Origin: Octopus sinensis | Taxonomy: Eukaryota | Direction of reading: 5' to 3' | DNA: 64,000 nucleotides | Assembly (NCBI RefSeq): GCF_006345805.1 | Contig: NC_043022.1 | Span: forward strand, 3,534,001 to 3,598,000 | Shown: positions 25,964 through 37,789 of the stretch, piece after piece | How the letters are laid out: each line of letters opens with the position of its first letter | How positions within the stretch are numbered: position 1 is the first letter of the stretch | Translations under genes and position numbers: made by a program | Notes under the pieces: generated by a model | The model's database searches: none | What the model was told of the DNA's origin: nothing | Seen by the model: the letters and a program-made list of their open reading frames with translations, nothing else

Positions 25964-26170
25964 ATGTGTGTTTGTGTGCTTCTCTGTGTGTGTGTGTGTG
26001 TTTGTGTGCTTCTGTGTGTGTGTGTGTGTGCATGTATGTTTGTGTGCTTCAGTGTGTGTGTGTGTGTGTTTGTGTGCTTCAGTGTGTGTGTGTGTGTTTG
26101 TGTGCTTCAGTGTGTGTGTGTGTGTGCATGTATGTTTGTGTGCTTCAGTGTGTGTGTGTCTGTGTGCATG
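25838..26170. repeat. Compound (TG)n microsatellite with recurring tttgtgtgcttcag and catgt interruptions
   Basis: Seen directly. An (ATT)n/(GTT)n run follows at 26280-26352. Confidence 0.92.
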
Positions 26171-26293
26171 CAGTAAACAGTGAGTGTCAATTGGAAGTTT
26201 GTGCATCTGAGATCAGCACATAAATTCCACTGCAATGTCGAAAAGCTGTCACTGCTTTCCACAAAACCATTTTCAGCGTATTACTATTATTAC

Positions 26294-26336
<43 letters not shown>

Positions 26337-26589
26337 GTTGTTGTTGTTGTTGTTAAAATATCTGCTGTGAATTTAGGTCACATTTACATCCAACACCAAA
26401 CACACACACACACAATAATCAAACCAACAACACTGACAAAATTTACTGTCAACACAAAACAGTCAGAAAAAATTTTCTCTTTTTCTCTTCTTTTTGTTTT
26501 CATTTCTATTTCCAGAACTTTCTAGCAAAGCATTTTTTTTTTTTTTTTTGCACGAAGTTTTTCACATCAGCTCTTGTAATTAACACTAC

Positions 26590-27625
26590 CCCAAATACAG
26601 TTGTTCAGATCCCTTCTTACAAATGACCAAATCCTTAATATGGTTATTCTGACCCCTTCTTACAACTGACCATATCCCCAATATACTTGTTCTAACCCTT
26701 TCTTACAAATGATCAATCCTTAATATGCTTGTTCTGACCCCTTCTTACAACTGACCATATATCCAATATACTTGTTCTAACCCTTTCTTACAACTGATCA
26801 ATTCCTTAATATGCTTGTTCTGACCCCTTCTTACAACTGACCATATCCCCAATATACTTGTTCTAACCCTTTCTTACAACTGATCAATTCCTTAATATGC
26901 TTGTTCTGACCCCTTCTTACAACTGACCATATCCCCAATATACTTGTTCTAACCCTTTCTTACAACTGATCAATTCCTTAATATGCTTGTTCTGACCCCT
27001 TCTTACAACTGACCATATCCCCAATATACTTGTTCTAACCCTTTCTTACAAATGACCAAATCCTTAATATGCTTGTTCTGACCCCTTCTTACAACTGACC
27101 ATATATCCAATATACTTGTTCTAACCCTTTCATACAAATGACCAAATCCTTAATATGCTTGTTCTGACCCCTTCTTACAACTGATCATATCCCCAATATA
27201 CTTGTTCTAACCCTTTCTTACAACTGATCAATTCCTTAATATGCTTGTTCTGACCCCTTCTTACAACTGACCATATATCCAATATACTTGTTCTAACCCT
27301 TTCTTACAACTGATCAATTCCTTAATATGCTTGTTCTGACCCCTTCTTACAACTGACCATATCCCCAATATACTTGTTCTAACCCTTTCTTACAACTGAT
27401 CAATTCCTTAATATGCTTGTTCTGACCCCTTCTTACAATTGACCATATCCCCAATATGCTTGTTCTGACCCCTTCTTATAATTGATCAATTCCTTAATAT
27501 GCTTGTTTTGATCCCTTCTTACAAATAACTCTACATCCCTAACACAGTTATTCTAACCCCTTCTTACAATTGACCACATCCCCAATATGGTTGTTCTAAC
27601 CACTTACAAATGGCTAAATCCCTAA
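26590..27625. repeat. 43-bp minisatellite organised as an 86-bp A/B dimer, about 24 monomers
   Basis: A = aatatgcttgttctgaccccttcttacaactgaccatatcccc, B = aatatacttgttctaaccctttcttacaactgatcaattcctt. Period 86 (26821 and 26907). Edges are degenerate. Confidence 0.93.
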
Positions 27626-29577
27626 CGTAGTCATCCAGCCCCCTTCTTCCTGGCCAGCTGAACATTTGTTGTCACTCCATGTTGTACCCCTGCCATCCTC
27701 TCTGCATAAATGAAACAGCTGAGTGATTAACATGGTACATTATCAAATACTAAGCCTTTGAGTTCAAATCCTGTGCAATCATTTTTGGGGGTAAATGTCT
27801 AATTTTACATTCCTCACCTCACTAATCTAGGAAGGATAGGGTTTAACTCATCTCGTATTTCAATTAAGCCGAATTTTCATTCAGGGAGAGATTTATCTGT
27901 CATGAAAAAAAAAACAAAAAAAAACCCCACAAGCACTTATGAACCCTTCTGAGATTCAGAGATCTTTTTTAACTATAAAGAATGGGGAACAGTTTATGTT
28001 GAATGCACATATTTTTTTACAGTATAGAAGCTACATGTCAGTAAAGTTAAAGCTTATACTAGTTTTTGCTGTGTTTAACCATGCTGCATAAACACACCTG
28101 TATTGGTGGCATGTAAAATGATCCCAACATAGTTAAGTGGTTGGCATTAGGAAGGGCATCCAGCCATAGAAACCATACCTGAACAGACAATTGGAGCCTG
28201 GTCAGCTCCATGCCAAATCATCCAACCCATGCCAGCATGGAGAGCAGACATTAAATGATGATGATGAGGATACAAAACCTGTCTAAAACTACACCTGTTC
28301 TATGGTACAAACGTCTTGTTTGAAAGTAATCTAAATTAAAACCTTGAATCAGAATTTCAGGTTAATTTATGTTCCAAACTCTTCACAATTAATTGAAACA
28401 ACTGCAGTGTATTTCAACAGAAATATCATATTAAAAGGGTTTAAATGATCAAAATTCAATATTTCACGTTAACCCTTTCGTTACCAACCCGGCTGAAACC
28501 GGCTCTGAGTACAAATGTCTTGTTTTCATAAGTTTTGAATTCAAATCTTCTGCCAAACCTTAATCACAATTTACGTTCCTAACACTAGCTCAATGATAAC
28601 TAAGTTATTTTACTAAATTCTTTGTTATATTTAAAGTAATTGAAAGAAACACAGAGCATCTCAAAATAAATACAGTAACGAAAGGGTTAATTTATGCCCC
28701 ACACATCAACTTGATAACGACAGAGTTATTTTTAGTAATAATTTCTTAACCAACCCACCTGAGACTGTCCCTTCATATGTATTACAGGTGTGTGTATGTG
28801 TGTGTGGGGGTGGGTGGTAACATTCGTACTTTTTAAAGAGTTGTTGAGTGACAAGGTGTTACTGCTGTCATGTCTCTGGACAACAAATTGTCCTCTGGTT
28901 TTGTGCTTTTGAAGGCTCATAAAATAAGCGATCCTTTACTTGAAAAACAGACTGGGGTTAACAAAAGGAAGGGCATTCAACCATAAAACAATGCCTCAAT
29001 AAAATATTCCTCAAAACCATTTTTTTTTTTTTACAAAATTTTAAGTTTCATTTTGTATATATATAAAGGCGGTGCTCCAGCATGGCCACAGTCAAATGAC
29101 TGAAAAAAGTAAAAGAGTATATATGTGATGTGTGAACAAGTTGAAGAAGTATGAACAAGCTGAAGCCTACCATTTTTTTTCTTTTTTTTTTTCTGCATAT
29201 TAGATTCCAATATAATCATAACCTGTACACTCTGAAAGGTATTTTTAGAAAATTTCATAAAAAAATTGCCCATTTTTCAGGAAGTTATGAGTAAATAAAA
29301 TAAACTCGTGAGAATTTTCAAAAACTCCTTCCCACCAGCCCTTGAAAAATATTTTTCTCAACAAATTCTGATGTAATTGGAGTCTCCACCATCTGAAGCA
29401 TCTTTGTAGAACATTTCACTAAAGAAAAAAAAATACCTATTTTTCTGCAAGGCATGAGGAAACAAATTCAGCTCTGCATTCCACTGCCATGTGCAGCACT
29501 TAATATAATTGTCAGGCAGAATCGATGTGACACAGAGTGTCTCTTTTGGATTACGTACGGGTAGAGATGCCTATACC

Positions 29578-29996
29578 TATTTCTTTACTACCCACAAGGG
29601 GCTAAACACAGAGAGGACAAACAAGGACAGACAAACGGATTAAGTCGATTATATCAACCCCAGTGCGTAACTGGTACTTATTTAATTGACCCCGAAAGGA
29701 TGAAAGGCAAAGTCAACCCCCGGCGGAATTTGAACTCGGAACGTAACAGCAGACGAAATACCTATTTCTTTACTACCCACAAGGGGCTAAACACAGAGAG
29801 GACAAACAAGGACAGACAAACGGATTAAGTCGATTATATCAACCCCAGTGCGTAACTGGTACTTATTTAATCGACCCCGAAAGGATGAAAGACAAAGTCA
29901 ACCTCGGCGGAATTTGAACTCAGAACGTAGCGATAGACGAAATATGGCTACGCATTTTGCCCGGCGTGCTAACGTTTCTGCCAGCTCACCACCTTT
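29578..29996 (-). mobile_element. Second-family SINE dimer (one head, two bodies), 13-bp TSD
   Basis: TSD agatgcctatacc at 29565-29577 and 30000-30012; internal junction agacgaaatacctatttc near 29755. Confidence 0.88.
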
Positions 29997-32533
29997 AATA
30001 GATGCCTATACCAGTGGACTGTAGTGATCGACAAGGAAGAAAATATAAATAGTTAATTGGGTGGGGGTGAATTCAAAATGAAAGAGGAAGGCCAACCCTT
30101 ACACAGAATCATTTATAAACTATTCTAACCTTGAAAACACGAAACAAACAAGCAAGCTATGAATGTAGGTCACATTTATTTCATTACTGTACGAGAGTGG
30201 TGGATTGGTGAAATTATCAGAGCATGGGGTAAAATAAGAGGTGGTATTTGTTTTGGGCCTCTACAGTTTGATTTCAAATACCATCAAGGTCAACTGTACA
30301 CCTCTTCTGTCGGGGGAGGGGGGATAAAATACAGTACCAATTGAGTACTTGACGGAGTGGGGGGTGGGATTCAATGTAATCCACCCGGTCCCTCCCGTTA
30401 AAATTTTGAGTATCGTGCCTCCATTGCTCTTTTAGATCGGCGGATTGGCAAAATTGCTGAAATGTGGTATTTGCCCTGGCTCTTTATGTTCCGAGTTCAA
30501 ATCCTGCTCAAGTCAATTTCACTTTTCATCCTTTTGAGGGCCAATAAAATAAAGTACCAGTCAAATCCTGAGGTATCAACTAGCCCCCCCCACTCACCCA
30601 CCCACAGCCTCCTCAAAATTGCTGGCCTTGTGCCTAAATCATCACCACTGACGTTGTTATAATTTGTATGGTAACGAACTGGCAGAATCGTTAGCACATC
30701 AGACAAAATGCTTAGCAACAAATTCCACTGAAGTCAACTTTGCCTTTCATCTTTTCAGTACAAACACCACAGTTGATGTAACTGCTGTAGAGGAAGCATT
30801 AGCGCTTTTGAACTTTAGCTGCCCACATTGGGGCTTTTTACTTTTAACTACCCATTTTGGTTCACCACGCAATGGTCGAATCCATTTACTTTTGCATGGA
30901 CCACCCATACATTTAACGTGATGGACTAGCCTAGCGTCAGTTCATCAGCTGTAAAATGGGAAGTTTTGGTCTGCTAAGTCCCCAGGGGGGGATAGTTTTG
31001 TTACAAGCGACCTGAGACTTTGATGTGAGAACATTTTGATTTCACTTTGCAGTTTTCTGCTTGAACAGAATTCAAACTAGAATACTCAACATTATGCTTC
31101 ACGTCTTACCAGCATTTGAACAGAAATGTAACCAGAATTTTTGTGATTCTGTATTTCAGATTTTCCTAACCTTTCTATCTTCATTTTCACAAGCATTTAA
31201 AACCATACAATGCCCTGACAATAGTTAACCCATTGCCTGCCATGGGCCCCATTTGGGGATCTGCTAAAAACAGTCTCACTGCTGGTTGTTTGTTGTATTT
31301 AAAGTGGATTGCTTATGCATATTGCATTTGCAGAGGTGTGTTTAACAATATTTACTAATTAAAGGTTGTCGTTATTAGCTCTGGCTAATTCTAGAGGACA
31401 TTTTATGTCATAAATCGCAATTTTTGAACTACAAAAATATTGACTGTTTAAAAAACTTCTTTTTTTTTTTTTGCATTTCTATATCATTCTCTTTCTCTAT
31501 TTTCTCTTTTACTTGTTTCAGTCATTTGACTGCTGCCATGCTGGAGCACCGCCTTTAGTTGAGCAAATCGAGCCCGGAACTTATTCATTGTAAGCCCAGT
31601 ACTTATTCTATCGGTCTCTTTTTTGCCGAACCACTAAGTGATGGGGACGTAAACACACCAGCATCGGTTGTCAAGCAATGCTAGGGGGACAAACACAGAC
31701 ACACAAACACACACATATATACATACATATATACGACAGGCTTCTTTCAGTTTCCGTCTACCAAATCCACTCACAAGGCATTGGTCGGCCCGGGGCTATA
31801 GCAGAAGACACCTGCCCAAGATGCCACGCAGTGGGATTGAACCCAGAACCATGTGGTTGGTTAGCAAGCTACTTACCACACAGCCACTCCTGACTGTTTG
31901 GAAAACTTTTTTTTTTTTTGCATTTCTATATCATTCATTGATATTTCATACACATTCGCATTTGAGTCTATAGTTTCAAAACAACTAAAATGTTTATCAT
32001 CGCAATTGGATACAGAAAAAGATAAATGTGTTTTTATTTTCAGCAATCCCCATTTGGGACTTTTCGAAAAATTTATCATAATTTCCAAAATAATTCACAT
32101 ATAGGCATAGGAGTGGCTGTGTGGTAAGTAGCTTGCTTACCAGCCACATGGTTCTGGGTTCAGTCCCGCTGCGTGGCACCTTGGGCAAGTGTCTTCTACT
32201 ATAGCCTCGGGCCGACCAAAGTCATGTGAGTGGATTTGGTAGACGGAAAGTGAAAGAAGCCCGTTGTATATGTATGTGTGTTTGTCCCCCTCCCAACATC
32301 GCTTGACAACCGATGCTGGTGTGTTTACGTCCCTGTAACTTAGCGGTTCGGCAAAAGGGACTGATAAAATAAGTACTAGGCTTACAAAGAATAAGCTCTG
32401 GGGTCGATTTGCTCGACTAAAGGCGGTGCTCCAGCATGGCTGCAGTCAAATGGCTCAAACAAGTGACGGGGATGTAAACACACCAGCATCGGTTGTCAAG
32501 CAATGCTAGAGGGACAAACACAGACACACAAAC

Positions 32534-32564
<31 letters not shown>

Positions 32565-33229
32565 CGACAGGCTTCTTTCAGTTTCCGTCTACCAAATCCA
32601 TTCACAAGGCATTGGTCGGCCCGAGGCTATAGCAGAAGACACTTGCCCAAGATGCCACGCAGTGGGACTGAACCCGGAACCATGTGGTTGGTAGGCAAGC
32701 TACTTACCACACAGCCACCCCTGCGCCTTTGCAGTCAATTGTAATTTGTCTTTGAATTGTTCCTTATTATCCTTATTACTAAACCACCTGTCCTAAAATT
32801 GCAAGCCTTGCACAAAAATTAGAAAGAATGGTTATGATTTCTGATTTCGACACCTGGTCAGCAAGTTTCATGTTAGGGGGATAATCAATACCTATTTCTT
32901 TATTACCCACAAGGGGCTAAACACAGAGGGGACAAACAAGGACAGACATAGGTATTAAGTCGATTAGATCGACCCCAGTGCGTAACTGGTACTTAATTTA
33001 TCGACCCCGAAAGAATGAAAGGCAAAGTCGACCTCGGCGGAATTTGAACTCACAACGTAACGCAGACGAAATACCGCTAAGCATTTCGCCCGGCGTGCTA
33101 ACGATTCTGCCAGCTCACCAACATCATCATCATTGTTTAACGCCCGCTTTCCATGCTGGCATGGGTTGGACGGTTTGACTGTGAGGACTGGTGAGCCAGA
33201 TGGCTGCACCAGGCTCCAATCTGATTACT

Positions 33230-34460
33230 AATTAATAATGATTTCAAATTTTGGCACAAGGCCAGCAATTTCAGAGGGATGGGGGGTAAATTGAATCCCT
33301 CAACCCCAGTGCAAACTGATTCTTATTTTATCAGCCCCGAAAGGATGAAAGGCAAAATCAACCTCAATGGAATTTGAACTCAGAATGTTAAGATGGACAA
33401 AATGCTGCTAAGCATATTGTCCGGTGTGATAACAATTCTGCCAGCTTGCTATCTTAATAATAATAATAATCCTTTATGCTAAAAAGCATAAGGCCTGAAA
33501 TTTGCAGGGAGGGGACAAGTTGATTAAATCAACTCCAGTGTTTCACTGGCACTTAATTCATTGACCCTGAAAGGATGAAAGGCAAAGTCAACCCTGGTGA
33601 AATTTGAACTCAGAACATCAAGGCGGATGAAATACCTATTTCTTTATTACCCACAAGGGGCTAAACATAGAGGGGACAAACAAGGACAGACATAGGTATT
33701 AAGTCGATTACATCGACCCCAGTGCGTAACTGGTACTTAATTTATCGACCCCGAAAGGATGAAAGGCAAAGTCGACCTCGGCGGAATTTGAACTCACAAC
33801 GTAACGGCAGACGAAATACCGCTAAGCATTTTGCCCAGCGTGCTAACGATTCTGCCAGCTTGCCGCCTTTCAATAATAATAATAATAATGGTTTCAAATT
33901 TTGCCAGAAGGGAAGCAGTTTTTGTGGGAAAGGGATGAGTTGATTACATCGACCCCAGTGTCCAACTGGTACTTATTTTATCAACCCCGAAAGGATGAAC
34001 GGTAAAGCCGACCTCAGTGGAATTTGAACTCAGAACATAGCGACGGGCAAAATACCGCTAAGCATTTCGGCTGGCATGCCAACAATTCTGCAAACTTGTC
34101 ACCTATAATAATGATAATAATCCTTTCTACTAAAGGCAAAAGGCCTGAAATTTTTGGTGAGGGGGCTAGTCAATTACATTGACCCCAGTGTGTAACTGGT
34201 ACGTAATTCAAATAATAATAATAATAATAAATGATTTTATATTTTGACACAAAGCCAGCAATTTTTTTTTTTTTTTTGTGGAGGGGGTTAAGTCAATTAC
34301 ATCAACCCCAGTGTTTGACTGGTATTTAATATCGACCCCTAAAGAATGAAAAGCAAAAGTGGCCTTGGCGGAATTTGAACCCAGAACATAAAAAGACAGA
34401 AGGAATGCTACTAAACATTTTGTTTGGCATGGTAACGAGTCTGCAAGCTTGCTGCCTTAA
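33230..34460 (-). mobile_element. Head-to-tail chain of about five older second-family SINE copies separated by (AAT)n tails
   Basis: Repeated cccgaaaggatgaaaggcaaa...ggaatttgaactcagaa...gccagcttgc blocks separated by taataataat runs. Similar plus-strand chains lie at about 17990-18310 and 43930-45480. Confidence 0.75.
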
Positions 34461-36589
34461 TTAATAATTACTTCTAATTTTCACTTATAATTGTCTCTAA
34501 TGATTTGGACGAGACACAGAAATGAAACAAAAACTTCTCCGATTCTAGGAGTGGCGAAAATTTAAAAACCTTGACACTCGTATTGTTCCCATTAACAAGT
34601 TAGCTTCATGATCAGATGTGGTAAGGCTTGAACCAGGAAGTGAAACCACATGTCACAGGATGCTAAACTCACACAGAGCTCACCACATCAGTTGGCCAAC
34701 TTATTGATTCAGGTCAGAGTGCACTCAGCTGCAAATACGCACATTGACGTGCACAGGTTTACAGCAGGCCAGATTGTTGGTTCTCTTTTACTCTTTTACT
34801 TGTTTCAGTCATTTGACTGCGGCCATGCTGGAGCACCGCCTTTAGTCGAGCAAATCGACCCCGGGACTTATTCTTTGTAAGCCCAGCACTCATTCTATCG
34901 GTCCCCTTTGCCAAACCGCTAAGTGACGGGGACATAAACACACCAGCATCGGTTGTCAAGCAATGCAAGGGGACAAGCACAGACACACAAACATACACGC
35001 ACATATATATATATATACATATACACGACAGGCTTCTTTCAGTTTCCGTCTACCAAATCCACTCACAAGGCATTGGTCAGCCCGGGGCTATAGCAGAAGA
35101 CACTTGCCCAAGGTGCCACGCAGTGGGACTGAACCCAGAACAATGTGGTTGGTTAGCAAGCTACTTACCACACAGCCACTCCTATATATATATATTCTTT
35201 TTTTCTTCTATTTGTTTCAGTCATTTGACTGTGGCCATGCTAGAGAATCGCCTTTAGTTGAACAAATTGACTCCAGGATTTATTCTTTGTAAGCCTAGTG
35301 CTAGTGCTTATTCTGTTGGTCTCTTTTGCTAAACCACAAAGTTATAGGGATGTAAACATACCAACATTGGTTGTCAAAGTGATAGAGGGGAGACAAACAC
35401 ACACATACATACATATATATATATATCAAAAATGGCGAAAGCCGGTTTATGAGATTACCTTACAGGGATGTAAACACACCCACACTGGTTGCCAAGTGGT
35501 GATGGATGGGTTGCAGTGGGGTGGGGACAAAAACATACACATATAGATACAAGAAAGGCTTCTTTCAGTTTCCGCCTACCAAATCCACTCACAAGGCTTT
35601 GGTCAGCTCTAGAAGACACTTGCCCAAAGTGCCATGCAGTGGGACCGAACCTGGAACCATGTGGTTGGTAAGCAAGCTACTTACCACACAGCCACTCCTG
35701 CACCTATCATGTAACACAACTAAAAAAAAAAAATCCATCAGCAGGAGTGGCTGTGTGGTAAGTAGCTTGTTTACCAACCATATGGTTCCGGGTTCAGTCC
35801 CAAAGCATGGCATCTTGGGCAAGTGTCTTCTACTATGGCCTCGAGCTGACCAAAGCCTTGTGAGTGGATTTGGTAGACGGAAACTGAAAGAAGCCCGTCG
35901 TATATATGTATATATGTGTGTGTGTGTTTGTCCCCCTAGCATTGCTTGACAACCGATGCTGGTGTGTTTATGTCCCCGTTACTTAGCGGTTCGGCAAAAG
36001 AGACCGATAGAATAAGTACTGGGCTTACAAAAGAATAAGTCCCGGCGTCGATTTACTCGACTAAAGGCGGTGCTCCAGCATGGCTGCACTCAAATAACTG
36101 AAACAAGTAGAAGAGTAAAAGAGAGAGTTATCTTTTATGAAATAGGCAGCAAACACACGTCTACACGTGAGCAGGTGTGTGTGAGTATGTGTGTGTGTGT
36201 GTGCAGCTTATTGCATGAAGGAGACACACACACACACACACACACGTGTGTGAGTTAATGTATGTTATCTGACATTGATCAAATGAAATAAGAAGCCTTG
36301 ATTACAGAGAGAGAAGTATTTTCTGTTTTCACTTTCTGCACCGCCATCCCCCCACTCGCTACCCCCACCCCACCCCCACCATCTCCCTGGACAGCAAACA
36401 AAACAGAAATCAACTATCTGCTAATCACCGTGGTTGTTTAGCCCAAGGTAAGTCAGTCCTGGTTGAGCAGACCTATGATCAAAGGTGTTCCAGCAATAAC
36501 CATCCCGCCTTCTTTTTAATTTAGACATAAATACATACTGACTAAAAAAAAAAAAGTAGGGAGGTTCACAGAGTGTAAAAGACTAGGGA

Positions 36590-37040
36590 TTTCTGGGAGT
36601 TGAAATAGATGGGGGGGGGGTGTCCAGGGAGTTGAGCAGGCGGGGGGGGGAGTTGAACAGCCGCGGGGGGTGGGGGTGGAGATCAAGGAGTTGAACAGGC
36701 GTGAGAGGGAGGTATCCAGGGAGTTGAACAGATGGGGAGATCAAGGAGTTGAACTGAGGAGAGGGGACAGGGAGTCGAAAAGACGAGGGTGGGGCTCGAG
36801 GAGATGGACAGGCAGTAGGGAGAGGGAGGGGAGAATTGACCAGCGGATGAGATGAAGGAGTTGAACTTCTGAACAGACGGAGCAGGGGAGGAGGGGTCCG
36901 AGGTAGTTCCAGGTATTGTATAGATGGCAGGTAGTGGGGAGGAACAGGGAATTGAACAGACAAAGGGAGTGGAATCAGGGAGTTGAGATGCCGAGGGGTT
37001 TTGAGTGAGAAGACAGGTGATGGTGAGAAGTTTTAAGAGA
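36590..37040 (+). repeat. Purine/G-rich low-complexity tract with recurring ggagttgaaca motif
   Basis: Repeated GGAGTTGA(A)CAG-like motifs separated by G runs; strong strand asymmetry. Confidence 0.75.
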
Positions 37041-37745
37041 GAAGTTCTTTACATCCAGATTAATCTTGAGATCAAACAAACCTCTAATCAAAGATGTTCC
37101 AGCTGTGACCATCCAGTCTTTATTTCAGGCACAATGTATCAAATACTTCATTTTTTAATTTTTATTTTCTAAGGCAGTAGGATGTAATCCAACGAAGAAT
37201 CGATCGTTCTTTATTGCAACACAAGTGACTTATGTAGGGACTGGCATGTTAGGAGGGTAAAGTTGTCAGATGAGAAGTTGGAGGAATAAGGGAGCAAATA
37301 GGTTTGGTTTGAGACACCAAACTGCAGGCCTTGTGCCAAAATATGAAATCATTATTATAAGGTTCACAGGTATGGCCATGCAGGTAGGAAGTTCACTTTG
37401 CAATTATGTGTTTTCAGGTTCAAATCCCACAGCATGACATCGTAGGTACAAAGGTCCGATTAATGACTAACGAATGGATTTAGTAGCCAGAAATTGTCTC
37501 GGGCCATTATGTATGTGTGTGTTTGTGCACATTTGTATACTCTTACTCTTTTACTTGTTTCAGTCATTTGACTGCAGCCATGCTGGAGCACCACCTTTAG
37601 TCGAGCAAATCAACCCCGGGACTTATTCTTTGTAAGCCCAGTACTTATTCTATCGGTCTCTTTTGCCGAACCGCTAAGTTACGGGGACGTAAACACACCA
37701 GCATCAGTTGTCAAGCAATGCTAGGGGGACAAACACAGACACACA

Positions 37746-37789
<44 letters not shown>

